Shown here: piece after piece, positions 20,370-29,614 of the stretch
Layout of the letters: every line of letters begins with the position of its first letter
Position numbering within the stretch: the stretch's first letter is position 1
NCBI GenBank assembly: GCA_965263085.1
Contig: OZ253582.1
Location: 925,848 to 989,847 of the forward strand
Direction of reading: 5' to 3'
Length of the DNA stretch: 64,000 nucleotides
From: Nitrospinales bacterium
Lineage (GTDB): Bacteria > Nitrospinota > Nitrospinia > Nitrospinales > VA-1
Position numbers and translations under genes: made by a program
The notes under the pieces: generated by a model
What the model saw: only the letters and a program-made list of their open reading frames with translations
Told to the model about the DNA's origin: nothing
Database searches by the model: none

Positions 20370-21113
20370 CTAGCGATAATTCACCAGCAGTCGTTCCGCC
20401 CGGTTTAAATCATCTGGAGAATTGATTCCCAGTATCTCGCTCGCATCCTGGGTCTGAGTCGTCTGAACGAGATACCCCTCTTGCACTAGGTACTCTATTG
20501 TATCGGTCAAATAGTATTCTTTCTGAGCATTATTCAGGCCAATACACCCTAAGGCCTTAAAAAACAATCTATTATCAAAACAATATGCTCCGGAATTGAA
20601 TTCGTCAACTTTTTTCTCGATTTCCGAAGCATCCTTGAGTTCCACAATCTTTAATATAGAGCCTTTTCCATCACGAATGATCAGCCCAAAATCATGGCAC
20701 CCGCCACTTTTAAGGGTCAATACCGTACATTTTGCCCCACTTCTTCTATGCTTTTGAATCATTTGCGACAGGGTATTAGGGCGAAGCAAAGGCATGTCCC
20801 CACATAACACCAAAACCAGCCCGTCAAAGCTTTCCAATTTTGCCTTAGCTTGCTGCGCGGCATGGCCTGTACCTAACTGCTCCTCTTGAACCACGAACTC
20901 GACCTCCCGGTCAGCAAAGGCTTCTCGTACCTGATCCGCCTGATGCCCCACCACTACTATTGTCCGAAGGGGGTTCAATTGAGAGGAAAGATCAAGCACA
21001 TAGTGAAGAAGTAGACGACCAGCAACAGGAAGAAGAACTTTGGCAAGAGAAGATCGCATGCGGGTTCCTTTACCCGCTGCTAAAATGATGACCGCTAGAT
21101 CCTGTTGTTGCAT
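20370..21113 (-). CDS. glmU: GlmU uridyltransferase domain only (no LbH acetyltransferase domain)
   Basis: 247 aa, collinear with the N-terminal domain of bacterial GlmU (VIILAAGKGTRM, QEEQLGTGHA, LCGDMPLL, NAQKEYYLTD). The ORF stops at the linker helix where full-length GlmU continues for about 200 aa. Confidence 0.85.
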   Translation of the reverse strand: MQQQDLAVIILAAGKGTRMRSSLAKVLLPVAGRLLLHYVLDLSSQLNPLRTIVVVGHQADQVREAFADREVEFVVQEEQLGTGHAAQQAKAKLESFDGLVLVLCGDMPLLRPNTLSQMIQKHRRSGAKCTVLTLKSGGCHDFGLIIRDGKGSILKIVELKDASEIEKKVDEFNSGAYCFDNRLFFKALGCIGLNNAQKEYYLTDTIEYLVQEGYLVQTTQTQDASEILGINSPDDLNRAERLLVNYR

Positions 21114-21376
21114 TTAATTTTATATTCGGCAATTTTTTTTCTTAACGTGTTGCGGTTGATTCCCAGAATATTCGCGGCCTTGGTCTGGTTGCCACTGGTT
21201 TCCTTCAGAACGATTTCAACCAGCGGTTTTTCAATGCCTCCCATGATTAATTCATGCAGGTGTCCATTGTTTTTTTCATCCATTACGCCAACATACTGCC
21301 GGATAGATTTATCCAGCCATTTTTCTAGAAAGGTTGTGACTTGTTTTTGAGTTTTTTTCATCGCAGGAGGACTCAC
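21095..21376 (-). CDS. Fis-family DNA-binding protein
   Basis: 93 aa, with a C-terminal HTH (GNQTKAANILGINRNTLRKKI) as in Fis/NtrC C-termini. The start is uncertain (GTG 21376 or ATG 21361). Confidence 0.75.
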   Translation of the reverse strand: MSPPAMKKTQKQVTTFLEKWLDKSIRQYVGVMDEKNNGHLHELIMGGIEKPLVEIVLKETSGNQTKAANILGINRNTLRKKIAEYKIKCNNRI

Positions 21377-21581
21377 TAAAGCCCTGGACCTTAAAATATT
21401 GCCACCCTGCCCAGAGCCTCAAATGGATTGAATGCGGCGATGGTAGCAGACTCCTCCTATGTGGTCAAGCATAGACTTGTAGCCTTTTTAAAACCATACA
21501 ATTACAAGTTGATTCCTCTCCAACGCATGGTCTAAGATAAAGTGAGAATTGTTTGAAAACTTTTCAACACACTTTTAATCT

Positions 21582-22901
21582 ATGAAAGTCGCCTGCGTTA
21601 CATTGGGGTGCAGAACCAATCAGCACGACACTGCAGAAATGCAGACTCTGCTCAAGCAGGAAGGTTTCTCTATTGTGAACGGTAAAGAAAAGGCTGACGC
21701 CTATGTCATCAATACTTGCACCGTGACGCAACGGAGTGATTACAGCTCCCGCCTTGCAGTTAAAAAATCCCTAGCGATCAATCCTGATGCCCTGGTCGTA
21801 TTCACCGGATGCTACGCGCAGTTGAATTCAGAAGAAGCCTCCAAAATACACGGGCTCGACATCGTTCTTGGCAATGCTGACAAGCTTGAAATCGCTAACC
21901 TTATAAAAAAGAAATTGCTAAACCCCAACCTGCCTTGGAGGAAAAGCACAGACACTGAGATCATCATGTCCGATATTCATAAAAAACGGATATTCAGAAC
22001 CATCCCAGTGCAAAATTTTCAGGGTATGACCAAGGCCTTCATCAAAGTCCAAACCGGCTGTGATGAGAGTTGCTCATTCTGTACCGTTGTTAAAGCACGA
22101 GGCAAGTCGGTCAGCGATACACGGGAGAATATTATCTATAATGTGCAACAGACCATCGCTTCGGGGTTTAAGGAAATCACTCTCACCGGTATCAATCTCG
22201 GCACCTGGGGTATGGACCGAAACGAAACTTTTTCCTCGCTGGTTCGCGATATCGTTGAACTTTCAGGAGATTTTCGGGTTCGGTTGAGTTCGATCAATCC
22301 CATGGAAATCGACAGCAAACTCATACGACTCATTGCAGAAACCGAAAAGCTCTGCTCGCATCTGCATATTCCTTTACAAAGCGGTGATGAGACAACCTTG
22401 AAACTCATGCGTAGAAATTATAACCGTCATCAATATATCGAAGTTGTTGAACGTGCAGTCAATACCATCCCCGGGCTGGGGCTGGGGGCAGATGTTATCG
22501 TCGGTTTTCCGGGGGAAACAGAAGAGAGATTTGAAAACACCCGCAGACTGATAGAACAATCGCCCTTTTCCTATCTGCATGTGTTTTCCTACTCACCGCG
22601 CCGAGGCACCGAGGCCCACCAGTTTAAAGACGATGTTCCCGGCAATGTAAAAAAACAAAGAAACCAGAGCCTGACTCAATTGGCCAACCAAAAAGCCTTG
22701 AAATATCGTGAGAAGTTTTTAGGACAACAGGAAACCGTACTGCTTGAAAATCAACGCGACACAAAATCAGGATGGCTCAAAGGGCATACTGGCAACTACA
22801 TTCCGGTTATTCTGGAAGGTCCCGACTCATTGAAAAACAATCTGATCCCCATCACCTTGCAAGAGGTTTCCGAGCATCAGGTCACAGGGTGCGCTCAGTA
22901 A
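21582..22901 (+). CDS. mtaB: tRNA (N6-threonylcarbamoyladenosine) methylthiotransferase MtaB (radical SAM)
   Basis: 439 aa, with N-terminal UPF0004 cysteines (TLGCRTN, NTCTV), the radical-SAM CDESCSFC motif and a C-terminal TRAM domain. Confidence 0.88.
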   Translation: MKVACVTLGCRTNQHDTAEMQTLLKQEGFSIVNGKEKADAYVINTCTVTQRSDYSSRLAVKKSLAINPDALVVFTGCYAQLNSEEASKIHGLDIVLGNADKLEIANLIKKKLLNPNLPWRKSTDTEIIMSDIHKKRIFRTIPVQNFQGMTKAFIKVQTGCDESCSFCTVVKARGKSVSDTRENIIYNVQQTIASGFKEITLTGINLGTWGMDRNETFSSLVRDIVELSGDFRVRLSSINPMEIDSKLIRLIAETEKLCSHLHIPLQSGDETTLKLMRRNYNRHQYIEVVERAVNTIPGLGLGADVIVGFPGETEERFENTRRLIEQSPFSYLHVFSYSPRRGTEAHQFKDDVPGNVKKQRNQSLTQLANQKALKYREKFLGQQETVLLENQRDTKSGWLKGHTGNYIPVILEGPDSLKNNLIPITLQEVSEHQVTGCAQ

Positions 22902-23707
22902 TCACCCTCACCACTGACTTCGGCCTTGATGATCCTTTTGTCGGTATCATGAAAGGAGTCATTCTAAATATTGCGCCCGATGCCCAAATCGTTGACATCA
23001 CCCACAATATCGAACCACAAAATATCAACCAAGCGGCACTGATCCTCAACGCCACCTACACCTGGTTTCCCAGAAAAACTATCCATGTGGTAGTGGTTGA
23101 CCCCGGTGTCGGGGATGGAGAGAAAAAAATGGGAGGCCTCGGCCCGGTAATCCGAAGGGCCATGGTCGTGCAGTCCAAATTCCAGACCTTTGTCGGACCC
23201 GACAATGGGGTGCTCACACCTGTCCTCCACAGCGATAGCCGAGTTTACGAGATCACTAATAAAAAGTATTTTCTTAAAAACATCTCCAACACCTTTCACG
23301 GACGCGATGTATTTGCTCCCTGCGCAGGATGGATTGCCAGCGGTATCCAACATTCTAAAATGGGACCAAGAGTGTTGAAACCTGTTCGTCAGGACTTTCC
23401 CCAGCCTCAGTTGAAAGGAGCAACTCTTCACGGGGAAATCATTCATACCGACCACTTCGGCAACCTCACCACCAATATTTCCGCAGAATTAATCCACGAA
23501 ACCTTTGTCTCTTCCGATACAATAAAGGTGCAGATTGGAAAGTATCACATTGATGGACTCGTCACCGGTTATTATCAAATGAAACATGGTCAGCTTGGAG
23601 CCGTCATTAATAGTTGGAATCATCTGGAAATTTTCTACCGTGAAGACAACGCCCAAGAAAAACTAAAAGCCAAGATAGGACAACCCGTAGCCCTAAAAGC
23701 CGACTAG
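22889..23707 (+). CDS. SAM hydroxide adenosyltransferase / SAM hydrolase family (DUF62) protein
   Basis: A GTG at 22889 gives MRSVITLTTDFGLDDPFVG, the canonical family N-terminus; VVDPGVG and FHGRDVFAP motifs are also present. The listed start 22772 lies inside mtaB and is rejected. Confidence 0.8.
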   Translation: MRSVITLTTDFGLDDPFVGIMKGVILNIAPDAQIVDITHNIEPQNINQAALILNATYTWFPRKTIHVVVVDPGVGDGEKKMGGLGPVIRRAMVVQSKFQTFVGPDNGVLTPVLHSDSRVYEITNKKYFLKNISNTFHGRDVFAPCAGWIASGIQHSKMGPRVLKPVRQDFPQPQLKGATLHGEIIHTDHFGNLTTNISAELIHETFVSSDTIKVQIGKYHIDGLVTGYYQMKHGQLGAVINSWNHLEIFYREDNAQEKLKAKIGQPVALKAD

Positions 23708-23761
23708 ACTCTCTATGGATCGGCTATTAAAAAACAGTCCCTATTTACCCGGCCATTAATT

Positions 23762-24220
23762 GTGAGTGACATCAAAATTATATGCCAGAATAAAAAGGCA
23801 CGGCACGAATATTCCATCGAAGACACCATGGAGGCAGGACTAGTGCTAAAAGGCACGGAAGTCAAGTCCTTGAGGAATGGAAAAGCTAATCTGGTCGACA
23901 GCTACGCCACCATCGATGGCGAGGAGGCATGGCTCAATCATTTCCATATCGATGCCTACACCCCGGCAACGCAGTTCAACCATCACCCCATGCGAAAGCG
24001 CAAACTTCTTTTACATAAAAAAGAAATCAGTAAACTCATCGGCAAAACTCAGGAAAAAGGTTGCACCCTAGTTCCCTTAAAAGTTTATTTCAAGAACGGC
24101 AAGGCAAAAGTTGACCTCGGCATTGCCAAAGCGAAAAAACTCTACGACAAACGTGCCACGCTTAAGAAACGCGAGTCCGAACGGGAAATCGACCGAGCCA
24201 TGAAATCCAAAAACCGCTAA
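23762..24220 (+). CDS. smpB: SsrA-binding protein
   Basis: 152 aa, with NKKARHEY, GTEVKSLR and KRKLLLHKKEI motifs. Confidence 0.95.
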   Translation: MSDIKIICQNKKARHEYSIEDTMEAGLVLKGTEVKSLRNGKANLVDSYATIDGEEAWLNHFHIDAYTPATQFNHHPMRKRKLLLHKKEISKLIGKTQEKGCTLVPLKVYFKNGKAKVDLGIAKAKKLYDKRATLKKRESEREIDRAMKSKNR

Positions 24221-24235
24221 TAAAAGGTTTAAACA

Positions 24236-24370
24236 ATGGAACTCGACAAGGTGATCAGGAAAATACCGGGAGGTTATCAACCGGCCTGCGTAGTCATGAC
24301 AGTAAATGAGTTAAAACTGTCCGACCAACTCAAACAATCCGCAACAGCAGCACAAGTCGCAAAACTTTAA
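24236..24370 (+). CDS. possible 44-aa small ORF (MELDKVIRKIPGGYQPACVVMTVNELKLSDQLKQSATAAQVAKL)
   Basis: An ATG lies 15 nt after the smpB stop, with a weak AAAGG upstream. It is below the ORF-track cut-off and I recognise no family. Confidence 0.2.
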   Translation: MELDKVIRKIPGGYQPACVVMTVNELKLSDQLKQSATAAQVAKL

Positions 24371-24401
24371 GTCCGTACCCGGAAGCCACCGATTACTTCA
24401 T

Positions 24402-24461
24402 GCCCTCATTATATTCTACCTAAGCTTTTTACCATTTTAGGGTATGAAGACAAATGAGGGC
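24402..24461. repeat. imperfect 60-nt inverted repeat between convergent genes
   Basis: GCCCTCATT (24402..24410) pairs with AATGAGGGC (24453..24461). An inner arm TACCTAA pairs with TTAGGGTA with one bulge. No U-tract follows on either strand. Confidence 0.5.
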
Positions 24462-24526
24462 CACACGTGCCTCGGAGGGATAGAACAGGTAGAAAAGGTA
24501 CAATGAGTAATAATAGCTTGGTCGGC

Positions 24527-25456
24527 TTAAGAAGCCCTTGCCTTATCTCCTCTAGGCGTTGCCCGGCGGTAGACCACCAGTACCACTCCGGTGACGGCGA
24601 CCACACCGCCGAAATATCCCAGTGGCCCGACCGGGTCGGCTTGCAATCCAGCAAAACCGATTCCAGGGAGAATTTTCATCCCCAAAAGGGTTATCAGCGG
24701 GTTCAAAGAAATAATGACACTGATTAGGGTCAGGGGAATATATTTTACAGCTTCGGCGAGGGTGCTATAAGCCAATAACGTGTTGAACCCGCAAAAGATC
24801 AGAGACAACCAAGCAGTGAGTCCTGCGAGGGGAAAGTCGGCCCACTCAACACCACCTATCAACGTGAATGTAGCAACGGCGTAGACCAGCAGGTTCAAAG
24901 ACTGTGCTCCATATTGCCGACTGAGGAATTTTTGTGAGACCATATATCCCACCCATACCAGACCAGCAAGAACAATTAAGAAGTCTGCGTAATAATAATC
25001 TCCCGGTTCCTGAATTCGGCTTTGCTGGTCATGAAAAAATAGGAACAGTCCACTCCCCGCGATGACCATTCCCAGAATCTGCCTGAAGGCCAAGCGTTCA
25101 TGAAAAACAAAAACTCCAGCCAACACCAGAAACACTGAAGCAGTCTGTATCAGGACCGCCATATTGGAGGGCCCACTCAAATCCACCCCCACCGTCACCC
25201 AATAATAATTTACTGAAAGACAAGCCCCTCCCAGGACCCCCATCCACGGTGGCTTGCGAAGAATATCCAAAGGCTCATGCATTTTCAATTGCAGGATGAC
25301 GATCAGGATCAGAAATGCAAACAGGAATCGGAACCAAGAAATCGTTCCGGCATGAAAACCTTGCAAGGCAATTTTCAGAAAAATAGGCAAGATACCCCAA
25401 AGCAAAGCAGTGACAAGGGATAACAAAATACCACGCAGGTAATGAGCAGAGCCCAC
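24527..25456 (-). CDS. EamA/DMT-family transporter
   Basis: 309 aa with 10 predicted hydrophobic helices in the two-EamA-repeat organisation. Confidence 0.8.
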   Translation of the reverse strand: MGSAHYLRGILLSLVTALLWGILPIFLKIALQGFHAGTISWFRFLFAFLILIVILQLKMHEPLDILRKPPWMGVLGGACLSVNYYWVTVGVDLSGPSNMAVLIQTASVFLVLAGVFVFHERLAFRQILGMVIAGSGLFLFFHDQQSRIQEPGDYYYADFLIVLAGLVWVGYMVSQKFLSRQYGAQSLNLLVYAVATFTLIGGVEWADFPLAGLTAWLSLIFCGFNTLLAYSTLAEAVKYIPLTLISVIISLNPLITLLGMKILPGIGFAGLQADPVGPLGYFGGVVAVTGVVLVVYRRATPRGDKARAS

Positions 25457-26079
25457 TAGTGAAGCTTGGAAAAGTTTTTCAGCATGATGAGACCCAGACG
25501 CTGGCTTTTTTCCGGATGAAACTGGAACGCATGGATATTTTCTTGATGAATTCCTGAAATAAAATCGGTTCCATAACAGGTGGTGGTGGCAACAATCGCC
25601 GGGTCCTGAGGCACAATATAATAGGAATGCACAAAATAAAAGTAGGACTCATCCGCCACTGAGTCAAACAGCGGATTGCCCGGAACCACTCGCACCGTGT
25701 TCCACCCCATATGCGGAATTTTAAACGACTCGTCAGAGTCAGACTTGACATCTTTGAACCTCACCACTTTTCCGGGCAGGATACCCAGCCCATTCACCTG
25801 ACCGAATTCTTCACTTTGGTTAAAGAGAAGTTGTAGCCCAAGACAAATCCCCAGAAATGGTTTGCCGCTTTTGACAGACTGGTGCACGGTATCAATAAGA
25901 TCCAGCTTCTCCAAATTCACCATACAATCCTTGAATGACCCAACACCGGGAAGCACCACAGATTTGGCTGAAAGGATTTTCCTGGAGTCGCTGGTAACAG
26001 TCGCTTCCGCACCCACCGCTTCAAAGCCTTTTTGTACGGAGCGGAGGTTGCCCATTCCGTAGTCAATAATAGCGATCAA
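25456..26079 (-). CDS. hisH: imidazole glycerol phosphate synthase, glutamine amidotransferase subunit
   Basis: 207 aa, with MIAIIDYGMGNLRSV, the GICLGLQ nucleophile elbow and FQFHPEKS. Confidence 0.95.
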   Translation of the reverse strand: MIAIIDYGMGNLRSVQKGFEAVGAEATVTSDSRKILSAKSVVLPGVGSFKDCMVNLEKLDLIDTVHQSVKSGKPFLGICLGLQLLFNQSEEFGQVNGLGILPGKVVRFKDVKSDSDESFKIPHMGWNTVRVVPGNPLFDSVADESYFYFVHSYYIVPQDPAIVATTTCYGTDFISGIHQENIHAFQFHPEKSQRLGLIMLKNFSKLH

Positions 26080-26667
26080 CTATAGGTTCCCTTTAGTCGA
26101 TGGAATGGCTGCGGAGCGGGAGTCCAATGTACAGGCAGAGTCTAAGGCGCGGGCAAAAGATTTGAACAGCGCTTCAGTTATGTGGTGAAGATTACTCCAG
26201 TAAGGAGAATTGAAATGCAGGGTCAGGCCGCTATTGGCAGCAAACGCCTGAAAAAACTCTGGCACAAGTTCGACATCAAACTCGCCAAGCTTGGCTTTTG
26301 GAAGTTCCAGATTGAATACAAAGAAAGCACGGCCACTGATATCAATAACACATTGGGCCAAAGCTTCATTCAACAGTATGCTGGCCTCCGCGAACCGGCG
26401 AATGCCTTTTTTATCCCCCAACGCTTCTTTGAAAGCCTGTCCAACCGCTATCCCAACATCCTCCACCGTGTGGTGAAAATCTATATGGGTGTCGCCTTGA
26501 GCTTTAACCGTCAGGTCGAAATAACCATGCCGAGACAGCTGTGACAGCATATGATCCAAAAATGGAACAGGGGTCTGTATATCCTGAACTCCGGTTCCAT
26601 CCAGATTCAGGCTGACCTCAATTTGTGTCTCGCTTGTGGACCGCTTAATGTGGGAAGCTCTAGACAT
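26080..26667 (-). CDS. hisB: imidazoleglycerol-phosphate dehydratase
   Basis: 195 aa, with RSTSETQIEVSLNLDG, the HHTVEDVGI and HHITEA metal motifs, and IPSTKG. Confidence 0.95.
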   Translation of the reverse strand: MSRASHIKRSTSETQIEVSLNLDGTGVQDIQTPVPFLDHMLSQLSRHGYFDLTVKAQGDTHIDFHHTVEDVGIAVGQAFKEALGDKKGIRRFAEASILLNEALAQCVIDISGRAFFVFNLELPKAKLGEFDVELVPEFFQAFAANSGLTLHFNSPYWSNLHHITEALFKSFARALDSACTLDSRSAAIPSTKGNL

Positions 26668-28687
26668 TCAGAGGCTGTTTTGCTTTGATATCTTCTTTTT
26701 TACCATTTTTTCCATTTCCAGAATAGGAAGCCTTTTTACCGTTCTCAGAATAAGGTTTCTTGCCATTACCAGCCTCCCATTCTTTTCCGTTTCCAGAAGC
26801 TGCCATTTCAGCAACCGATTCATAAAAAGCCATGATGGTTTCAAACATACCATCCGGGTCCAGCTTAAGAATCTTACGCTGTATACCGGGTGCGCCATGT
26901 TCCAAAACAATGTCACCAAGCCCGATACATTTAACCGGAATATGAAATATCTGCTCTTCCTGCAGGGCTTCCAGAACAGCGGAACCAAAACCACCTTTAA
27001 GAGAGTGCTCTTCTGTAGTGATCAAACACCGTGATTTAAGGGCGTACCTAACAATCAGTTCTTTATCCACCGGTTTGGCAAACCGAGCATTGATAACGGC
27101 AACACTGACACCTTCTTTCTCAAATATTCTCGCCACCTCTTGAGCCCATTCCACCGTATGGCCATACGCAAATATGGCAATATCTGCTCCGTCCTGAATC
27201 ACTTCTCCCTTACCAATCTCAAGTTCCTTCATTTCGGGATCAAGCGGTACTCCCAAACCGGAACCTCTGGGGTAGCGAAGAGCCGCCGGGCCGGGATGAT
27301 AAACAGCCGTTTTCAACATATGCCGCAATTCATTTTCATCTTTTGGAGCCATGACCACCATATTCGGCAAGGTACGAAGAAACGCGATATCGTACAACCC
27401 TTGATGCGTCGCGCCATCTTCCCCGACTATTCCTGCCCGGTCCATGGCAAACGTCACCGACAGGTTCATCAGACAAATATCGTGAACAACCTGATCATAC
27501 GCCCTTTGTAGAAAGGTGGAGTAAATGGCCGCAACCGGACGGAAACCTTCTATTGATAGAGCACCGGCAAATGCGACTCCGTGTTGTTCAGCCATACCCA
27601 CATCAAAGGTCCGGTCTGGGAACTCCTTGCCAAACTTACTGATTCCTGTTCCATCCGGCATCGCTGCGGTAATACCAATAACTTTCTCATCTTCTTTAGC
27701 CAGTTGAATCAGAGCATCTGCAAACACATTGGTATAAGCCGGATTAGCCTTCTTCTTATGAAATTCACCAGTAGAAATATTGAAAGGCTTAGCTCCGTGC
27801 CAGACATCAGCTTTTTCTTCCGCCTGCTCATAACCTTTTCCCTTGCGAGTAATAACATGCATCAAAGTCGGCCCTGTAGAGTCTTTGACCACGTTAAACG
27901 ATTCGATCAACGCCTCGATATCATGACCATCTATTGGCCCCACATAACGAAAACCCAAGTCTTCGAATAAACGCCCAGGGATGAACACTCCCTTTATAGC
28001 TTCGTCTAGCTTGTGCGCATATCGTGCGATTTCCTTACCAATACCTGGGACCGACAACAAAAGCTGACCTATCTCCTGTTTGATTTTCAACATCACCTGC
28101 CCAGTCATGATCTTACTGAGATGCGCAGACATACCACCTACATTGGCAGAGATGGACATTTCATTATCGTTGAGCACAACAATCATGTCATTCTGGATAT
28201 GCCCAGCATGGTTGAGTCCTTCAAAAGCCATTCCAGCAGTCAGCGAACCATCCCCAATGATTGCAACGACATCATTGTCTTCCTTTTTTAGATCCCGTGC
28301 TTTGGCAAAACCCAAGGCAGCGGAAATGGAAGTACCACCATGCCCGCAGTTCCAGTGATCGTGCTCGCTTTCTTCGCGTTTGGTAAACCCGCATAACCCT
28401 TTATGCTGGCGGAGAGTGCCAAACCGTTCTTTCCTGCCTGTCAGCAATTTATGGACATAAGACTGATGACCCACATCCCAGACAAATTTATCCTTCGGGC
28501 TATTGAAGACATAATGCATCGCCAGAGTCAATTCCACCACACCCAAGTTGGAGGACAGATGCCCACCTGTTTCGGAAATGGTTTCAAGGAGCATGTCGCG
28601 GATTTCTCGAGCGAGAAACGGCAACTCTTCTACCGAAAGTTTTTTTAAATCCGTAGGACTATTGATTCGACTTAAAAACTTACTCAT
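26660..28687 (-). CDS. dxs: 1-deoxy-D-xylulose-5-phosphate synthase with about 50-aa Gly/Asn/Lys-rich C-terminal tail
   Basis: 675 aa, with GGHLSSNLGVVELT and the IGDGSLTAGMAFEGLNHAG TPP motif; the canonical C-terminus lies near ...IMAFYES. The extra tail contains GNGK-type repeats and overlaps the hisB start by 8 nt. Confidence 0.95.
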   Translation of the reverse strand: MSKFLSRINSPTDLKKLSVEELPFLAREIRDMLLETISETGGHLSSNLGVVELTLAMHYVFNSPKDKFVWDVGHQSYVHKLLTGRKERFGTLRQHKGLCGFTKREESEHDHWNCGHGGTSISAALGFAKARDLKKEDNDVVAIIGDGSLTAGMAFEGLNHAGHIQNDMIVVLNDNEMSISANVGGMSAHLSKIMTGQVMLKIKQEIGQLLLSVPGIGKEIARYAHKLDEAIKGVFIPGRLFEDLGFRYVGPIDGHDIEALIESFNVVKDSTGPTLMHVITRKGKGYEQAEEKADVWHGAKPFNISTGEFHKKKANPAYTNVFADALIQLAKEDEKVIGITAAMPDGTGISKFGKEFPDRTFDVGMAEQHGVAFAGALSIEGFRPVAAIYSTFLQRAYDQVVHDICLMNLSVTFAMDRAGIVGEDGATHQGLYDIAFLRTLPNMVVMAPKDENELRHMLKTAVYHPGPAALRYPRGSGLGVPLDPEMKELEIGKGEVIQDGADIAIFAYGHTVEWAQEVARIFEKEGVSVAVINARFAKPVDKELIVRYALKSRCLITTEEHSLKGGFGSAVLEALQEEQIFHIPVKCIGLGDIVLEHGAPGIQRKILKLDPDGMFETIMAFYESVAEMAASGNGKEWEAGNGKKPYSENGKKASYSGNGKNGKKEDIKAKQPLNV

Positions 28688-28702
28688 AGGGGTCCCAGTC
28701 AG

Positions 28703-29614
28703 TTAAAATGTTCGTTGCACAAAGAACCGGGCAATCTCTCGAAGAGGACCTGCCCGATCATCAAATTCTTCAAGACAAGCTAAACTTTCTTCGACCAAAT
28801 CTTCAGCTTTTTGGCGAGACTCTTCCAACCCATAAAGGGCTGGATAGGTCGCCTTATCTTTAGCCAAGTCACTGCCGATACCCTTACCTAGTTGTTTTTC
28901 ATCACCCGTGATATCGAGAATGTCATCAATAATCTGAAAAGCAAGCCCAATATGAGCCCCAAACCGGGACAATGAACTCAACTGACGAGGAGTGGCTTGG
29001 CTAAGTATGCCGCCACACCGGATACAAGCTCGAACCAGAAACCCTGTTTTGTAAATGTGAATATATTCCAAGGTTTCCGCGTCAATCGGTTTACCCTCTG
29101 ATTCAAGATCAACCACTTGACCACCAATCATACCAGTGGAACCCAGTGCCGTTGCCATCTCATGGGTGGCATTGAGAATACACTCAGGCGGAACCGTTTC
29201 CATTCCCGCCGACCGGGTCATCAAGATAAACGCCTGAGTCAGCAAAGCGTCGCCAGCTAAAATGGCGACGGCTTCTCCAAAAACTTTATGGTTTGTAGGT
29301 TTCCCCCGCCGCAGGTCATCGTTATCCAAAGCAGGGAGATCATCGTGAATCAGGGTATACGTATGTATCAACTCGGCGGCCACTGCAAATGGTAGAACCG
29401 CTTTCCGGTCTCCCCCTACCGCTTCCGAGGCGGCAATAACCAAAACGGGACGTAACCTCTTCCCTCCGGCAAGAAGACTGTAATGCATCGCTTTATGAAT
29501 GCTTTCAGGATAGGCCTTCTCCTCCGGTAAAAGACTCAGTATCCCTTCATCAATTAACTTTTTACCTTCAGAAAGGTACTGAGATGCAGACAAGCCGTTC
29601 AATAAACTAATCAA
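28703..29614 (-). CDS. ispA: (2E,6E)-farnesyl/geranylgeranyl diphosphate synthase
   Basis: 303 aa, with first DDxxD-type motif IHDDLPALDNDDLRRG and second motif FQIIDDILD. It has a TTG start and lies upstream of dxs, as in many bacteria. Confidence 0.9.
   Translation of the reverse strand: MISLLNGLSASQYLSEGKKLIDEGILSLLPEEKAYPESIHKAMHYSLLAGGKRLRPVLVIAASEAVGGDRKAVLPFAVAAELIHTYTLIHDDLPALDNDDLRRGKPTNHKVFGEAVAILAGDALLTQAFILMTRSAGMETVPPECILNATHEMATALGSTGMIGGQVVDLESEGKPIDAETLEYIHIYKTGFLVRACIRCGGILSQATPRQLSSLSRFGAHIGLAFQIIDDILDITGDEKQLGKGIGSDLAKDKATYPALYGLEESRQKAEDLVEESLACLEEFDDRAGPLREIARFFVQRTF

Noticed and set aside
22772-22888. N-terminal extension of the SAM hydrolase-family ORF
   Set aside because: The extension lies inside mtaB in another frame. 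The family N-terminus (ITLTTDFG) begins right after the GTG at 22889.
24221-24526. tmRNA (ssrA) next to smpB
   Set aside because: There is no GGGG..acceptor 5' end, no tag-ORF-like AN..AA* reading frame, and no T-arm/CCA 3' end on either strand.
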